From Ruminococcus sp. UBA7013 (GTDB lineage: Bacteria > Bacillota > Clostridia > Oscillospirales > Ruminococcaceae), in assembly GCA_002449585.1 (NCBI GenBank), contig DJXD01000053.1, positions 63,781 through 127,780 of the forward strand: a DNA stretch of 64,000 bases, read 5' to 3'. Of the stretch, positions 1 through 8,843 are shown in pieces (within the stretch, counting starts at the first letter, position 1; every line of letters begins with the position of its first letter). The notes beneath the pieces are model-generated. The model was given only the letters and a program-made list of their open reading frames with translations, was not told the origin of the DNA and ran no database searches. The translations under genes were made by a program, and so were the position numbers.

Positions 1-326
1 AAAATAGTGCTGAGAATATGCTCCTCCAGTGTGAAGGCACTCTCAAAGAACTCGGTGATAAAGTTTCTTCTGATGATCAGGCCGCTGTTCGTGCAAAAGC
101 TTCTGAACTTCAGAATGCCGTTGATGCCAATGATACAGCTGCTATGAAAGCTAAAATGGATGAGCTTCAGAAAGTGCTTATGGATGTAGGTGCTAAGATC
201 TATCAGCAGCCCGGCGGCGGTGCAGCTGGTTTTGATCCGAATGCCGCACAGGGATTCACAAAACAGCCCGGCGCAAATGATAATAACAATGATGATGTCA
301 TTGACGCTGATTTCACAGAAACGTAA
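1..326 (+). CDS. dnaK: Chaperone DnaK (Hsp70), C-terminal fragment; 5' end lies outside the window
   Basis: The ORF is open to the window edge. It has a helical lid and Gly/Ala-rich acidic tail (..GGGAAGFDPNAAQG..DDVIDADFTET) typical of bacterial Hsp70, and it sits directly upstream of dnaJ. Confidence 0.85.
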   Translation, partial: NSAENMLLQCEGTLKELGDKVSSDDQAAVRAKASELQNAVDANDTAAMKAKMDELQKVLMDVGAKIYQQPGGGAAGFDPNAAQGFTKQPGANDNNNDDVIDADFTET

Positions 327-419
327 TTAAGAACGATCACAGCAGGGGCAGAATTTTCTGCCCCCTAGCTGAATAAAGCTGATTTCAGAAAGGAGTGCCG
401 CTCGTGGCGGCGGATCACT

Positions 420-1604
420 ATGGCAGAAAAACATGATTATTATGAAACTCTGGGACTCCAGAAAGGTGCAACAGAGGATGAAATCAAAAAAGCATATAGA
501 AAAATGGCCATTGCCAACCATCCCGACCGCCATCAGGATGAGAAGGAAAAATATGAGGAAAAAATGAAGGAAATCAATGAAGCATATTCTGTTCTGTCAG
601 ATCCTGAAAAGCGTCAAAGATATGATCAATTCGGTCATGGCGGATTAGAAAGCGGCATGGGCGGCGGAAATCCGTTTGAAGGCTTTTCAGGCACTTATAG
701 TGGTGATATGCAGGATATTCTGGAAAGCATGTTTGGTGGTATCTTCGGCGGTGGAAGTGGATTCCGCAGCAGTGGCATGTCTTCCGCAAATGCTCCCAGA
801 AGAGGGAAAGATATTACTGTCAGCACAAATATCAGCTTTATGGAAGCATGTTCGGGAATATCCAAAGACATGACAGTTGGTCATCTGGAACAGTGTGGTG
901 CATGCCATGGCACAGGCGCAGAGCCGGGCACTTCTCCCGAAGCATGTCCGGATTGTCAGGGGCGTGGTGTCATCCGTACAACACAGCAAAGCAGTATTTT
1001 CGGCATGGTATCCTCTACAGTTCCCTGCCCGCATTGTGGCGGCAAAGGCAGCATCATCCGGAATAAATGTAATAAATGCCGAGGTGTCGGCCGGGTACGG
1101 GTTCAGAAAAATGTCACAATCAAGATTCCAGCCGGAATTGATGATGGTCAAAGTCTCCGTGTCAGCGGGGAAGGAGACTGCGGTATCAATGGCGGTTCTT
1201 CCGGTGATCTTTTTGTCAGAATTAGTGTTCGTCCTCATCCGATTTTTACAAGAGATGGCTATGATGTCAGCTGTGAAATCCCGATCACATTTACACAGGC
1301 CGTTATGGGCGATGAGATCGAAGTGCCTACGATTGATGGCAATGTCAAGCTGACAGTTGCTGAAGGTACACAATCCGGAACAAAACAGAGGCTGAAAGGC
1401 AAGGGCATCCAGCGGCTTCAGAGAGATGGCAGCAGCAGGATGAACGACAGGGGCGATCAGTATGTGAAGCTCAATGTAGAAGTGCCTAAAAATCTCACAA
1501 GAAAACAAAAAGAATTGCTGAAAGCTTTTGAAGATTCTCTTGAAGAAAAGAATTATACCAAGCGCAAAAGCTTTTTTGATAAAATCAAAGAAATGTTCAA
1601 TTGA
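420..1604 (+). CDS. dnaJ: Co-chaperone DnaJ
   Basis: J-domain with an HPD motif (IANHPDRH), a G/F-rich region, and four CxxCxGxG zinc-finger repeats (CGACHGTG, CPDCQGRG, CPHCGGKG, CNKCRGVG). Confidence 0.95.
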   Translation: MAEKHDYYETLGLQKGATEDEIKKAYRKMAIANHPDRHQDEKEKYEEKMKEINEAYSVLSDPEKRQRYDQFGHGGLESGMGGGNPFEGFSGTYSGDMQDILESMFGGIFGGGSGFRSSGMSSANAPRRGKDITVSTNISFMEACSGISKDMTVGHLEQCGACHGTGAEPGTSPEACPDCQGRGVIRTTQQSSIFGMVSSTVPCPHCGGKGSIIRNKCNKCRGVGRVRVQKNVTIKIPAGIDDGQSLRVSGEGDCGINGGSSGDLFVRISVRPHPIFTRDGYDVSCEIPITFTQAVMGDEIEVPTIDGNVKLTVAEGTQSGTKQRLKGKGIQRLQRDGSSRMNDRGDQYVKLNVEVPKNLTRKQKELLKAFEDSLEEKNYTKRKSFFDKIKEMFN

Positions 1605-1605
1605 G

Positions 1606-1642
1606 AAAAAGCCTTTTCTGTCAGACAGAAAAGGCCTTTTTG
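1606..1642. terminator. Bidirectional rho-independent terminator between dnaJ and a convergent small ORF
   Basis: Perfect inverted repeat gccttttctgtc/gacagaaaaggc, flanked by an A-run upstream and a T-run downstream. Confidence 0.7.
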
Positions 1643-1643
1643 A

Positions 1644-1865
1644 TTAAGAATCAAATATTTTTTTCAATTCCAGATAAAATGCATAATCTTCTTCATTGAC
1701 CTGAAAATCAGAAATTGTCTTTTTGCCGTCGGGGTGTGTAATACTGATCTGAATGACAGAGCCTTTCTGAATCTGTTCAGCGGCTTGGCCGGTATGACTG
1801 ACAAAATCATGATGACGTTCCCGGAAATTCCTTGCGCTTTGCTTAATATGAAATGGATTGATCAT
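1644..1865 (-). CDS. Small hypothetical protein (about 73 aa)
   Basis: The ORF has a GAGGTG RBS 6 nt upstream of the internal ATG at 1865. It is bracketed by a terminator and a divergent promoter region. No family was recognised. Confidence 0.4.
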   Translation of the reverse strand: MINPFHIKQSARNFRERHHDFVSHTGQAAEQIQKGSVIQISITHPDGKKTISDFQVNEEDYAFYLELKKIFDS

Positions 1866-2026
1866 GAAATTCACCTCGATTCTGAAATTAGTAATCTAAT
1901 TATAATCTATATTGGCCGAAATGTCAAGTATGCTTTTTTTCAAAATAGACTTGTAATTCGTGAAAAGATATGTTATAATAAAAGCATGATTCTCTAAACT
2001 TAAACAGAAAGGACAGCAGAGAGACT

Positions 2027-2362
2027 ATGCTTTATATGGAAAATCATATTGGAAGAATTACATTTTCAGATACATATCTCCGTCAGCTGACAGAGCAGAC
2101 TGTATTGCAGTGCTTCGGTGTGGCAGGTTTTGCGCCGCTTACCCTTGCCGATAAACTCCTTGACAGAAGACACAGCGCAATTGAAATTGCAACAAGAAAC
2201 GATCAGCTTATGATTTCAATTCATGTGCGTGTGATCTATGGCGTGAATATTCCGGTTGTTGTACGAGCATTGATGCATAAAATTGAATTTGTGATTGAGG
2301 ATGCCGTGCGGATTCCCGTATCTCATGTACGGGTCTATGTAGATGAAGTTGTTGAGCCGTAA
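2027..2362 (+). CDS. Asp23/Gls24 family envelope stress protein (YloU-like)
   Basis: The size, the N-terminal G.I.FSD...L pattern, and the conserved Firmicutes synteny asp23 - DAK2(yloV) - recG. Confidence 0.75.
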   Translation: MLYMENHIGRITFSDTYLRQLTEQTVLQCFGVAGFAPLTLADKLLDRRHSAIEIATRNDQLMISIHVRVIYGVNIPVVVRALMHKIEFVIEDAVRIPVSHVRVYVDEVVEP

Positions 2363-2379
2363 GCAGGAGGAAAATAGAG

Positions 2380-4029
2380 ATGAACGGAAAGCTTTTGAAA
2401 GAAGCCATTTGCAGTGCGGCTGTCGTGATTGAACAGAATCGCAAAGCAATTGATGAATTAAATGTATATCCTGTTCCGGATGGAGATACCGGGACAAATA
2501 TGTCTATGACAATGGCATCCGCCAGACGAGAACTCAGCGTTCTCCCTGATAATATCACCGCCGGAGAAGTCGCCGAAAAAGCCGCCTCCGCCATGCTACG
2601 TGGTGCAAGAGGAAATTCCGGCGTGATCCTGTCACTGTTGTTCCGTGGTTTTGCCAAAGGAATCGCCGAAATGGAAGAAATTCAGGGGGAAGATATTGCT
2701 AATGCCATTGAGATTGGCGTACAGGCAGCTTATAAATCTGTGATGAAACCCACAGAAGGAACGATTTTAACAGTTGCCAAAAAGGCCGCAGAACAGGCAC
2801 AGCTTACAGCAAGAGAAAATCATGATCCGGTTGCCGTCTGGGAGGAAATCTGCAAAACTGCCGCAGATGCCCTTGAAAAAACTCCCGAACAATTGCCGAT
2901 TCTTAAAAAAGCCGGCGTTGTCGATGCTGGTGGAAAAGGCCTGGTTACTATTTTTGAAGCAATGCTTGCTGTATTTCATGGGCAAGCCCCTGCTGAACCT
3001 CAGGAAGAAATCAGAAAACCTGTTGAAACTATCGCTATCGGGCGTGTAGATCTGGAAGAAGAAATTAGATTTACTTATTGTACGGAATTTATGGTTCAGA
3101 AAAAGAAAGATTGCCCTGATGCATTTAAACTCCGTGCTTATCTTGAAACGATCGGTGACTGTGTTGTAGTAGTGGATGATGATGAAATTATTAAAGTCCA
3201 TGTACATACAGATAATCCCGGCATGGCTCTCCAGAAAGGTCTGGAATTTGGCCAGTTTGTGAATGAGCCAAAGCCTAAAATTGAAAATATGCGCATTCAA
3301 CACGCTGGGAGAGTCCGTGCCGCTCAGAATGCCGCTCATGATGAAACCTATGTCAGAGCAGAACCAGAAAAGAAATTTGGCTTTGTTGCCGTTGCCGCCG
3401 GTGCAGGATTGGAAAGTGCTTTCCGGGAACTCGGTGCGGATTGCGTTGTCCGTGGTGGCCAAACCATGAATCCATCAACAGAGGATATTTTAAAAGCAAT
3501 TCATGCTACTCCAGCTAAAAATGTTTTCGTCCTGCCAAATAATAAAAATATTATTATGGCCGCTGAACAGGCTGTTGCTCTTGCTGATAGAAATGTTTGT
3601 GTCCTCCAGACAAGAACCATTCCGCAGGGTCTCTCTGCTATGATGGCTTTTGATGAAGCTCTGGACGCAGAAGGGAATAGAATCGCCATGACAAGAGCAT
3701 TTGAACAGGTTTCTACAGGTCTGTTGACATTTGCCGCACGGGATTCTGAAATTGATGGCCATCCTATCCGCAAAGGTGAAGTGCTCGCATTGGATAATGG
3801 CAAATTAGCATTTACAGATAAAGATCTGAATCATGCGGCCTATAAGCTGACTAAAAAAATTATCAATAATGAAACCGGTTTTCTCACTGTGACTTATGGG
3901 GAAAATGTCAATGAAGAAACAGCAGATCAGCTATATCATAAATTACAGGATAAATTTGGCGATAAAATGGAGGTCATGCTGATGAATGGCGGCCAGCCTG
4001 TCTATTATTACATGATCGCAGCAGAATGA
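2380..4029 (+). CDS. DAK2 domain-containing protein (YloV-like)
   Basis: N-terminal DhaL/DAK2 motifs (DGDTGTNM, RGNSG) and a long C-terminal YloV-type domain. Translationally coupled to recG through an ATGA overlap. Confidence 0.85.
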   Translation: MNGKLLKEAICSAAVVIEQNRKAIDELNVYPVPDGDTGTNMSMTMASARRELSVLPDNITAGEVAEKAASAMLRGARGNSGVILSLLFRGFAKGIAEMEEIQGEDIANAIEIGVQAAYKSVMKPTEGTILTVAKKAAEQAQLTARENHDPVAVWEEICKTAADALEKTPEQLPILKKAGVVDAGGKGLVTIFEAMLAVFHGQAPAEPQEEIRKPVETIAIGRVDLEEEIRFTYCTEFMVQKKKDCPDAFKLRAYLETIGDCVVVVDDDEIIKVHVHTDNPGMALQKGLEFGQFVNEPKPKIENMRIQHAGRVRAAQNAAHDETYVRAEPEKKFGFVAVAAGAGLESAFRELGADCVVRGGQTMNPSTEDILKAIHATPAKNVFVLPNNKNIIMAAEQAVALADRNVCVLQTRTIPQGLSAMMAFDEALDAEGNRIAMTRAFEQVSTGLLTFAARDSEIDGHPIRKGEVLALDNGKLAFTDKDLNHAAYKLTKKIINNETGFLTVTYGENVNEETADQLYHKLQDKFGDKMEVMLMNGGQPVYYYMIAAE

Positions 4030-6077
4030 TGACAGAAGCATTATTCCAGCCAATTGAAACTTTGCCCGGCATCAGTAAAAAAAGAGCCGGGCTTTATCAT
4101 AAAATTGGCATTATGACAATTTATGATCTGCTGTATTACCTGCCAAGAGATTATAAAGATTATCGTGAGCCTGTTGCCGTCCGTGAAGCTGTGCCGGATC
4201 AGATCAATGTGATTCAAGTCATGATTAAAAATAAGAAAAATATGATTTATACTCGATCAGGAACACAGCTCTTTTTAGCAGATGCAGAAGATAATGAAAA
4301 AACACCCGTCGGCATTGTGATTTTTAATCAGAGATTTGTGTTTCAGTCTCTTGTGCCCGGAGAATGCTATATCATGTGCGGCAGAATGATCTATCAACAG
4401 AAAGAGCATCGATTTGTAATACAGAATCCTCAGATTTTGAAAGATGCAGAAATCCCGATTGAAGCTATTTATCCCCAAATCAGCGGCCTGACAAGTGCCA
4501 TGATCCGGACAAATATCAAGGCATGTTTATCTATTCTGGATGAATCCGGCTTTGAAACGCTTCCTGAAACAATCCGGGCGGCCTGTCAGCTGATGCCGCT
4601 TATAAAAGCATTTCATGTGATGCATCAGCCTGAAACACTCGAAGAAATAGAAGAAGCTCGCCGCCGCCTTGCATTTGAGGAAATGCTCCGTCTGCAATGT
4701 GGCTTGCATGTGCTGAAATATCAATCAAAAACACAGTGCAGATATAGAATGCAGGATGTGGCTATGAAGCCATTCTATGATAGCTTGCCCTTTTCCCTGA
4801 CAACCGCACAGCAAAAAGCCGTGCAGGAAATTCTCATGGATCTCAAAGCAGACAAGCCGATGAATCGACTTTTGCAGGGCGATGTCGGAAGCGGAAAAAC
4901 TGCTGTTGCGGCGGCCGCCTGTTATTTCTGTATCCAGAATAATTATCAATGTATCCTGATGGCTCCGACTGAGATTCTTGCGGAACAGCATTTCCAGACA
5001 TTGTGTGATTTTCTCCATCCCCTCGGCATTTCTGTCACTCTCCTCACTGGATCATTGAAGGCAAAAGAAAAAAAAGAAAGATATGCCGCTATTGCAGATG
5101 GCTCTGTCAAGATGATTGTCGGCACACATGCCGTATTCCAGAAAGCTGTGATTTATCAAAATCCGGGGCTTGTCATCACAGATGAACAACATCGCTTTGG
5201 CGTTGCCCAAAGAGCCGCCTTGGCTGAAAAAGGCAATACTCCACATAAATTAGTCATGTCTGCCACCCCTATCCCCCGAACACTCGCCCTCATGGTGTAT
5301 GGTGATCTGGATGTTTCCGTGATTGATGTCATGCCAAATGGCCGCCTTCCTATCAAAACATATGCCGTGACAGGCGGTTATCGTCAAAGAGTTTTGCGCT
5401 TTATGATGCAAGAGCTGAAACAAGGCCATCAGGCTTATATCGTATGTCCTGCAATTGATGAAAATCAGGCTTCAGAGCTGAAATCTGTTACAGCTTATGC
5501 AGATCAGATCCGGGAACAGCTTTTATCTGACTGGCAAATTGATATTCTGCATGGCCAGATGTCCCCTCAGGAAAAAGAGCTGTCTATGCAGAAATTCCGG
5601 AATCATGAGACAGATGTGCTGATCTGTACAACTGTGGTAGAAGTCGGCGTAGATGTGCCAAATGCTACGATCATGATTATTGAAGATGCTGAAAGATTCG
5701 GCTTATCACAATTGCATCAGCTTCGGGGACGTGTGGGACGTGGACAGGCACAAAGCTATTGCATCTTGATCACAGAACATGCCACGCAAGAAGCCAAAGA
5801 ACGGCTTCGACTTCTCAGCAATACAACAAATGGCTTTCAAGTAGCAGAAGCTGATCTTAAATTAAGAGGCCCAGGCGATTTTTTCGGCAATATACAGCAT
5901 GGCCTGCCGCCCCTCAAACTTGCCCCCATGACAGATACTGTTATGCTGCATGAAGTGTTTTCTGCTGTGAATCAGCTGCTTTCTGATGATCCTGCTCTCC
6001 AAAAGCCAGAACATGCCGCATTGTATGCAGAAATTTTATCTATGTTCCAGAAACAGGGAATCACAGAGCTGCATTGA
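4026..6077 (+). CDS. recG: ATP-dependent DNA helicase RecG
   Basis: Walker A (GDVGSGKT), DEQH box (TDEQHRFG), helicase motif VI (QLHQLRGRVGRG), and an N-terminal wedge region. Confidence 0.95.
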   Translation: MMTEALFQPIETLPGISKKRAGLYHKIGIMTIYDLLYYLPRDYKDYREPVAVREAVPDQINVIQVMIKNKKNMIYTRSGTQLFLADAEDNEKTPVGIVIFNQRFVFQSLVPGECYIMCGRMIYQQKEHRFVIQNPQILKDAEIPIEAIYPQISGLTSAMIRTNIKACLSILDESGFETLPETIRAACQLMPLIKAFHVMHQPETLEEIEEARRRLAFEEMLRLQCGLHVLKYQSKTQCRYRMQDVAMKPFYDSLPFSLTTAQQKAVQEILMDLKADKPMNRLLQGDVGSGKTAVAAAACYFCIQNNYQCILMAPTEILAEQHFQTLCDFLHPLGISVTLLTGSLKAKEKKERYAAIADGSVKMIVGTHAVFQKAVIYQNPGLVITDEQHRFGVAQRAALAEKGNTPHKLVMSATPIPRTLALMVYGDLDVSVIDVMPNGRLPIKTYAVTGGYRQRVLRFMMQELKQGHQAYIVCPAIDENQASELKSVTAYADQIREQLLSDWQIDILHGQMSPQEKELSMQKFRNHETDVLICTTVVEVGVDVPNATIMIIEDAERFGLSQLHQLRGRVGRGQAQSYCILITEHATQEAKERLRLLSNTTNGFQVAEADLKLRGPGDFFGNIQHGLPPLKLAPMTDTVMLHEVFSAVNQLLSDDPALQKPEHAALYAEILSMFQKQGITELH

Positions 6078-6157
6078 TAAAATCGGATAAAATTCAACAG
6101 AATTTGCATCTTGATTTTGTATTCTGTTACAAATCCGGATTTTTTTGAAAAAATCTA

Positions 6158-6186
6158 TTGACAAATCGGACAAGTTGTGATATACT
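6158..6186 (+). promoter_or_regulatory. Sigma-A type promoter of the tRNA cluster
   Basis: TTGACA (6158-6163), a 17-nt spacer ending in TGa, and TATACT (6181-6186), about 45 nt upstream of tRNA-Val. Confidence 0.6.
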
Positions 6187-6232
6187 AAAATAGTCGCAAG
6201 GATGAAAAACAAAAAATTGCGATAGCGACTAT

Positions 6233-6305
6233 GGGAGCTTAGCTCAGCTGGGAGAGCATCTGCCTTACAAGCAGAGGGTCACAGGTTCGAGCCCTGTAGC
6301 TCCCA
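6233..6305 (+). tRNA. tRNA-Val (anticodon TAC)
   Basis: Cloverleaf folded by hand: acceptor gggagct/agctccc, anticodon loop cttacaa, T-arm acagg-ttcgagc-cctgt. No encoded CCA. Confidence 0.9.
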
Positions 6306-6314
6306 CTTAAAAAT

Positions 6315-6388
6315 GGCCTGGTAGTTCAGTTGGTTAGAACGCCGCCCTGTCACGGCGGAGGTCGTGAGTTCGAGTCTCATCCAGGTCG
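6315..6388 (+). tRNA. tRNA-Asp (anticodon GTC)
   Basis: Acceptor ggcctgg/ccaggtc (one G-U pair), anticodon loop ctgtcac, T-loop ttcgagt. Confidence 0.9.
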
Positions 6389-6394
6389 TCAAAT

Positions 6395-6470
6395 GCGGAT
6401 TTAGCTCATCTGGTAGAGCGCCACCTTGCCAAGGTGGAGGTAGCGAGTTCGAGCCTCGTAATCCGCTCCA
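6395..6470 (+). tRNA. tRNA-Gly (anticodon GCC)
   Basis: Acceptor gcggatt/aatccgc, anticodon loop cttgccaa context with GCC, T-loop ttcgagc, encoded CCA. Confidence 0.9.
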
Positions 6471-6478
6471 TTTTTTTA

Positions 6479-6552
6479 GGTGTCATAGCCAAGTGGTAAG
6501 GCGTTGGTCTGCAACACCATGATCCCCGGTTCAAATCCGGGTGACACCTCCA
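6479..6552 (+). tRNA. tRNA-Cys (anticodon GCA)
   Basis: Acceptor ggtgtca/tgacacc, anticodon loop ctgcaac, T-loop ttcaaat, encoded CCA. Confidence 0.9.
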
Positions 6553-6557
6553 TGAAA

Positions 6558-6590
6558 AAGCTCCGGTATGAAAATATCGGAGCTTTTGTT
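6558..6590 (+). terminator. Rho-independent terminator after the tRNA cluster
   Basis: Stem aagctccg/cggagctt followed by ttttgtt. Confidence 0.6.
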
Positions 6591-6747
6591 ATATATTGTC
6601 AAATGCAATATTTATAGTAGAAAGCACTAGAATCAAAGCTATTTTACAGATCAAATTTATGCAAAAAAGAGAAAATGATATTTTTATGTTGTGATGATTG
6701 GAAATTCCTGCTATAATAAAATCATGGATATTCTAAGGAGGGTTTTT

Positions 6748-7521
6748 ATGCATATTAAAAAATTTTCAGCAATGTTGGCTTCTTTGATGCTATTGTCATG
6801 CTTTCCGGCAACAATGAACGCTTCTGCAAATGATGCTGTCATAGATACAGAAGGGGCTGTAGCAATCGCCATTGAACAAAAATCTGTCACTCTGGAAGAG
6901 CTGAGGAATCAAAATTATCAAGTTCCTGTTTTTGTCAAGATGATGGAAAATCCCGGTATCAATGCTATGGAATTCGGTGTTGATGTTGATGAAAGATGTT
7001 CTTATCAGATTATAAATGATAATGATGAGGCATATGAACTAGGAAATGCTTTTTTAAATATAAGTATGGTATACAGCAGCCGGGGAAATTTTACATGGTC
7101 TGTGTGGGGGTCATCCTCTATCCAGAAAAAAACAGGCATTAATTTATTGATGGTATTGGTCACTGTGCCAGAAACGGCTTCTGCTGGTGATCTGTTTACA
7201 GTTACATATCAGCCGAATAATGCACAGGGTGGAAAACATATTTATAGAAACAGTGCAACCCGTGCCAATTTTACAGATATTAGCTGGACGGATGGCGGTG
7301 TGCAGATTGTAGATTCTGAAACACTCAGACAAGGAGATCTAAATGGAGATGATCAGATCAATATCATGGATGTGATTTTGATCAATAAGGCTATTTATGG
7401 CAAGGCAGACTTGACACCAGCACAGATGAAAGCGGCGGATATTAATGGAGATGGCAAACCAGATGCCAATGATACGCTCATGGTCATGAAATATATTATT
7501 AAGCTGATTGATACGCTGTAA
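6748..7521 (+). CDS. Secreted cohesin-like module + dockerin protein (putative adaptor scaffoldin)
   Basis: AGGAGG RBS before the ATG at 6748; the track ORF start at 6691 was rejected. Signal peptide MHIKKFSAMLASLMLLSCFPATMNASA. A roughly 160-aa beta-rich module has a cohesin-like pattern (VPVFVKMMENPGINAMEFGVDVD..., ...AGDLFTVTYQP...GGVQIV). C-terminal dockerin GDLNGDDQINIMDVILINKAIYGKADL..AADINGDGKPDANDTLMVMKYIIKLI. Confidence 0.7.
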   Translation: MHIKKFSAMLASLMLLSCFPATMNASANDAVIDTEGAVAIAIEQKSVTLEELRNQNYQVPVFVKMMENPGINAMEFGVDVDERCSYQIINDNDEAYELGNAFLNISMVYSSRGNFTWSVWGSSSIQKKTGINLLMVLVTVPETASAGDLFTVTYQPNNAQGGKHIYRNSATRANFTDISWTDGGVQIVDSETLRQGDLNGDDQINIMDVILINKAIYGKADLTPAQMKAADINGDGKPDANDTLMVMKYIIKLIDTL

Positions 7522-7527
7522 ATAAGA

Positions 7528-7549
7528 AAAGCCCGGGATTGCCGGGCTT
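7528..7549. terminator. Bidirectional terminator hairpin between convergent genes
   Basis: Stem aagcccgg/ccgggctt located between the stop codons at 7521 (+) and 7560 (-). Confidence 0.6.
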
Positions 7550-7559
7550 ATTGTGATTA

Positions 7560-8549
7560 TTAGAGCATTTTTGCACGGAGTTCTTCGGGAGAAAGCGGCG
7601 ACAGATAGCCAGGTGCAATATCAAAAGCAGTTTTACAGCCTTCTGCGCCTTCTGCTTTCAGGCGTGTGAGGGCTCTTGCGTAGGCGATCAGAACAGAAGC
7701 CGTAAATTCTGGATTGGATTCCAGTTTCAGAGAATATTCAATTGTCTGATTGGTGGCAGCATCTGCGCCGGTTTTGCCGGAACGGATGACAAAGCCGCCA
7801 TGTGGGAGCGTGGTATGATTGGCATTAAATTCTTCTTCGCTGATGAAATTCACAGTAGTATTATATTCATCAAAATAATTTTTCATATTTTTGATTTCAG
7901 ATTCAATTTTTGCCTTGTCTGCGCCTTCTTCAGCGACGATATAGCAAACACGTTCATGTTTTTCACGGGTAGACAGTTCCGGCTGTGAACCGCTTCTGAC
8001 GGCTTCGATTGCGGAAGGGATCGGGCAAGTATACTGAATTCCTTTTTTTACGCCTTCTACACGGCGGATTGCATCAGAATGACCTTGGCTGACACCTTTT
8101 CCCCAGAATGTATATGTTTTGCCATTGGGCAGGATAGATTCTGCATAAACTCTATTCAGAGAAAACAGACCGGGATCCCAGCCGAGGGAAATCATGGCCA
8201 GATGATGATTTTCTTTTGCAGCTTTATCGACATTAGCGAAATGCTCCGGAATACGGGCATGTGTATCAAAGCTATCAATGACGTTGAAATATTTGGCAAG
8301 TGCCGGGGTTTGTGTCGGGAGATCTGTTGCACTGCCGCCACAGATGATTAAGACATCGATTTCATTCTGATGTTTTTCGGCATCTTCCAGACGATAAACA
8401 GGGACATGATCTGTCAGGAGTTGGACAGAGGCAGGATCACGGCGAGTGAATACGCTAACAAGCTCTGTATCCGGATTCTGTCTGATGGCGAGTTCTACGC
8501 CTTTGCCGAGGTTGCCATAACCGGCAATTGCAATTCTGATATTGCTCAT
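7560..8549 (-). CDS. ddh: meso-Diaminopimelate D-dehydrogenase
   Basis: N-terminal Rossmann motif IAIAGYGNLGKG, about 329 aa, and overall resemblance to Corynebacterium-type Ddh (..DSFDTHA..GWDPG..). Confidence 0.85.
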   Translation of the reverse strand: MSNIRIAIAGYGNLGKGVELAIRQNPDTELVSVFTRRDPASVQLLTDHVPVYRLEDAEKHQNEIDVLIICGGSATDLPTQTPALAKYFNVIDSFDTHARIPEHFANVDKAAKENHHLAMISLGWDPGLFSLNRVYAESILPNGKTYTFWGKGVSQGHSDAIRRVEGVKKGIQYTCPIPSAIEAVRSGSQPELSTREKHERVCYIVAEEGADKAKIESEIKNMKNYFDEYNTTVNFISEEEFNANHTTLPHGGFVIRSGKTGADAATNQTIEYSLKLESNPEFTASVLIAYARALTRLKAEGAEGCKTAFDIAPGYLSPLSPEELRAKML

Positions 8550-8777
8550 GGGAAAAACCTCACTTTACTTTGAAAAATTAAGTTTACCTGAATATTATAA
8601 CATAGTTTCTGAATTTTGTAAAGAAAAAATATAAAATTTTTCAAAAAAGAAAGCAGGAAGCCGGATTTGATTAAGATTTTTCTGTCAATTTCATGAATAC
8701 ATTTGTTTATTGCAGAAAGACAATGTTGGCCAGGCTTACAAATTAGATATTACAATATGTAAATTTTACAGAAACTA

Positions 8778-8807
8778 TTGACAAATGAGCGTAAAATATG
8801 ATAAAAT
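8778..8807 (+). promoter_or_regulatory. Promoter of the xylanase gene
   Basis: TTGACA (8778-8783), an 18-nt spacer, and an extended -10 TGaTAAAAT (8799-8807). Confidence 0.5.
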
Positions 8808-8843
8808 AAAAATATCAAGTATTTTCCTGAGGAGGATTTATGC

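Noticed and set aside
687-1508. A 273-aa minus-strand ORF and several plus-strand alternative-frame ORFs inside dnaJ.
   Set aside because: dnaJ is unambiguous (HPD motif, four zinc-finger repeats). The others are shadow ORFs.
6691-6747. N-terminal extensions of track ORFs (6691, 28190, 30512, 26472, 60818, 28157, 14773, 41826) that begin at the first possible start codon.
   Set aside because: In each case an internal ATG or TTG is preceded by a good Shine-Dalgarno sequence at 5-9 nt. That start begins a signal peptide or conserved N-terminus, whereas the extension overlaps a promoter, terminator or the upstream gene.
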